The notes beneath the pieces are model-generated. The model ran no database searches, was not told the DNA's origin, and saw only the letters and a program-made list of their open reading frames with translations. The position numbers and the translations under genes were made by a program. From the NCBI GenBank assembly GCA_965218095.1, contig OZ244587.1, positions 1,088,001-1,152,000 on the forward strand: a stretch of DNA of 64,000 bases. The letters run 5' to 3'. This document shows positions 61,256 to 64,000 of this stretch, one piece after another. This DNA comes from Candidatus Poribacteria bacterium (GTDB lineage: Bacteria; Poribacteria; WGA-4E; PCPOR2b). Each line of letters begins with the position of its first letter. Position 1 is the first letter of the stretch.

Positions 61256-62127
61256 GTGTCACATAAAAAGGCGTGCACAGATATGCTATTAACGAGTGGA
61301 AAGCCCGGCGGACTGGATGTTTGCCACATGGCAGATTTGTCGATTGAGCAGCGCTTGCGGCTTTACGGTCGAGGATACTATGAACCGCTGTGGCCAGTCG
61401 TCGCCGGAGAATTTGTGACCTTGACCTTAGCGACGCTGCTACGCCACGAATGGGGCAAGAATCCTGCTCTGGGTTGACGTAGATGGTCACCCAATGGGAG
61501 ACGAATACGAGACTGATGGCAGGCAGCTCATCAATGTATTCGTAGAGGGAGCAGCCCCCACCGAGCGGATTGATCTCTTGCGCGGCACAGCGGCCCTGTG
61601 CCGTTGGAACATTGCGCTGCCAAGCAAGGGAACTGATGTCGTGATTTGTGTTTTGTGGGGTGGAACGGAGAAGCGTGGGACAGCCCGGGACCAACGTGTT
61701 ACGTGGGACGGCACGTTACACGTGTCAGGAGGGCGCTTTCTGGACGCCCAGCCAATTCTGCGATGTCGTTCAGATGGAGAATTCTGAGACCATAACATGG
61801 CAGTCCGCCGCGGCAGGAAACAACGCCGGATTGGCCCTCAAAGTCCAAGGAGGCGCAGCGACTGTGTGCCACTTCTCGTCGGGACCGTGTTCATTTGAGT
61901 TCAGGCTGAATCAGGTGACGCTGGCTCCAATGGTGGTCAATGCCGGGGGCGTGGGACGCCACGTCACCGTCGGCCCAACGCTCAGAGAAAACGGGCCTCG
62001 GAAAGTTAAACTCACCTATTGGGATACCAAGCAAGTTGGCGGCGTATTCCCCTATTGGGTGCGGGTTGTCTAGGTTGATCAAGCCATTGCCTGGAGCAGT
62101 CCAGTGTATGTGACACGTCTACTTTGA
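61256..62127 (+). pseudogene. Degraded C-terminal part of a DUF3604-like protein
   Basis: GTAPIERID-like segment and terminal YWVRVV*VDQAIAWSSPVYV; multiple stops and frameshifts. Confidence 0.55.
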
Positions 62128-62172
62128 AAATCGACGAATGGACGAAACATTTGTCAGAAAAGGAGATCTACA

Positions 62173-63078
62173 ATGTCTTCAGAAGTACATTCTTCCATTG
62201 AAGAATCGCCAATACAGCGAGGGCTCACGCCCCAGCAAATCCAACAGTTCAAGGATGATGGCTTTCTAATCATCCGCAATCTACTCCCCCGCGAGGCGCT
62301 TCAGCCGTTGATTGATGAACTGGCGCAGCAGGTCGATGAGGCAACGAATGAAGCGGTACAGCGAGGGCTGCTCGATCCGGCGTACAGGTTTGAGGACACG
62401 CCCTTTGAAACCCGTTTGGCGCTAGTGTGCCAAGCCTGCTCGGAGCGCAACTGGCCGTGGAAACACTATTTTTCTGGTCAAAAACCAAGAACTGCCGGGA
62501 TGTTCACGCTCAGAATGGCGCCCGCTTTACTGGACGTGGTGGAATCGCTGATTGGGGATGAAATTCTGGCGCACCCGCAATTTAACATCCGCACCAAAAT
62601 GCCGGACCAGGAGATAACAGTCATCCCCTGGCACCAGGACCTAGCGTACCTGAAATCGGAAGAAGCGGGGGACACGTTGGTTGTGAATTTCTGGATTCCG
62701 CTTGTGAATGCCACAGCCGTCAACGGTTGTATGGAGGTCATGCGGGGGTCACATCGTCTGGGACTGCTGCCACATAGCCGTCTCATATCAACACCTGGCC
62801 ATAAGGGGGGCACAGGTATCCCCGATACCGACCTGCCGACCTGTGAAGTTATGACCGGGGAAGTCAGCGTGGGTGATGTCTTGATGACGACAGAACGGTT
62901 GGTGCATCGATCGATTCCCAACCGGTCAAATACCGTCCGCTGGAGCGTCGATACACGGTACAACCAAATTGGGCTTCCGACCGGTCGTGCGAATGTCCCC
63001 GGCTTTGTCGCCCGCAGCCGCAGAAATCCTGAGAGTGTGGCGCAATCACATTACGACTGGAATCGGCTTTTTACCTGA
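62173..63078 (+). CDS. Phytanoyl-CoA dioxygenase (PhyH) family protein
   Basis: F..DGF, IPWHQD, FWIPL, NGCMEV..GSH, VHRS.PN, RWSVDTRY. Confidence 0.92.
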   Translation: MSSEVHSSIEESPIQRGLTPQQIQQFKDDGFLIIRNLLPREALQPLIDELAQQVDEATNEAVQRGLLDPAYRFEDTPFETRLALVCQACSERNWPWKHYFSGQKPRTAGMFTLRMAPALLDVVESLIGDEILAHPQFNIRTKMPDQEITVIPWHQDLAYLKSEEAGDTLVVNFWIPLVNATAVNGCMEVMRGSHRLGLLPHSRLISTPGHKGGTGIPDTDLPTCEVMTGEVSVGDVLMTTERLVHRSIPNRSNTVRWSVDTRYNQIGLPTGRANVPGFVARSRRNPESVAQSHYDWNRLFT

Positions 63079-63090
63079 AAGGTCAGAATT

Positions 63091-63160
63091 GTAGGTCGAG
63101 ATTCAGATCTCGACATTGTGGAAACTACGTTCCTGTGTCGATTTTGGAAAATTGGCCTAC
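63091..63160. repeat. Inverted GTAG-type REP pair (REPIN-like)
   Basis: GTAG GTCGAGAT TCAG ATCTCGAC ... GTCGATTTTGGAAAATTGGC CTAC. Confidence 0.72.
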
Positions 63161-63180
63161 ACATCAATAAGGAGATAGCA

Positions 63181-64000
63181 GTGGGAGACACAACGACGAG
63201 AGATGTCGCGGCCTTACTGGAGGAAAGTTACTGTGCAGACAGTCCACGTTCGCAGGAACTCTTTGAGCGGGCGCGAAAGGTGATGCCAGGTGGGGCAAAA
63301 GGCGCTTACTTTCACCAGCCGTACCCTCTCACGATGGAGCGTGGCGAGGGGTGTTACCTGTATGATGTAGAAGGGCAGCAATATGTAGACTTTGCCAATC
63401 ACCACACGGTGCAGGTTCTGGGACATAACTACCCGGCGGTCGTGGAAGCCGTGCAAAAACAGATGGTGCGAGGCATTGCGTTAGGGGGCCCTGTTGGTGT
63501 TGAGACAGAGTTATGCGAGGAGATGTGTCGTCGGGTGGCATCGCTGGACCGTATACGGTTCTGCAACTCCGGCACCGAGGCGACGTTGCACGCCATACGA
63601 CTGGCGCGCGGTTTCAGTGGACGCCCCAAAATCGCCAAGTTCGAGGGCGGCTATCATGGCAGCCACGATGTCGTCGAAGTCAGTTCCTCGCCCGCTCTGG
63701 ACAAAGTGGGTTCTGAAACGGCGCCCAATCCCGTCCCCTCGGCGGGCGGAATGTCCCCTCACGCGGTTAAAGAGGTCGTCGTACTCCCTTACAACGACGA
63801 AGCCTCCGTTGAGAAACTCGTCGTTCAGCATCGTGATGAACTTGCCTGCGTCATCTTCGATACCAAAGCTGGCATCCTGCCGCAGCGTAAGGAGTTCGTC
63901 CAGTTCGTCCGAGAGATTACTCGAGAAAACGACCTGCTGCTCATCCTTGATGAAATCGTCGGCTTCCGAGTCGGGACGGGCGGGTTGCAGGAGTACTACG
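63181..64000 (+). CDS. Class III aminotransferase (glutamate-1-semialdehyde aminomutase-like), 3' truncated
   Basis: GTG start after AAGGAG; VMPGG, GEGCYLYDVEG..YVD, LGH, RFCNSGTEA, KFEGGYHG, LILDEIVGFR. Confidence 0.9.
   Translation, partial: MGDTTTRDVAALLEESYCADSPRSQELFERARKVMPGGAKGAYFHQPYPLTMERGEGCYLYDVEGQQYVDFANHHTVQVLGHNYPAVVEAVQKQMVRGIALGGPVGVETELCEEMCRRVASLDRIRFCNSGTEATLHAIRLARGFSGRPKIAKFEGGYHGSHDVVEVSSSPALDKVGSETAPNPVPSAGGMSPHAVKEVVVLPYNDEASVEKLVVQHRDELACVIFDTKAGILPQRKEFVQFVREITRENDLLLILDEIVGFRVGTGGLQEYY

Noticed and set aside
22260-62073. Stop-codon reassignment or pyrrolysine/selenocysteine recoding
   Set aside because: Internal stops are mixed TAA/TAG, the same codons end intact genes, and several affected genes also have frameshifts or deletions

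Overview
Bacterial chromosome segment of roughly 50% GC by eye. The mix of PhyH dioxygenases, TPR/HEAT/NHL repeat proteins, a PorU/PorV-like pair and uronate-related enzymes suggests a Candidatus Poribacteria-like sponge symbiont (inference only). The housekeeping backbone is carB (partial), glyA-folC, a membrane pyrophosphatase, accC-comB, nadA, a cold-shock protein, a HelY-like helicase and uxuA. It is interspersed with an AT-rich stand-alone reverse transcriptase of the UG/Abi (DRT4-like) defence class, a GIY-YIG nuclease, three IS5-family copies, a nested IS982 structure, three different MITEs, REP-like palindromes, dispersed heptamer repeats and many eroded pseudogenes. Most notable observations: (1) the DRT4-like RT has an IS5-derived hairpin MITE directly upstream; (2) three unrelated non-autonomous elements each inserted at a promoter -10 box; (3) a perfect 11 x 25 bp spacer-less hairpin tandem array lies beside a decayed helicase/restriction element; (4) a small Cys-hairpin, bacteriocin-like peptide locus; (5) a T9SS-like PorU-PorV operon split by an inactivated HEPN-MNT module. 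No rRNA, tRNA or CRISPR array was recognised. All calls come from motif recognition by eye, with no database searches.
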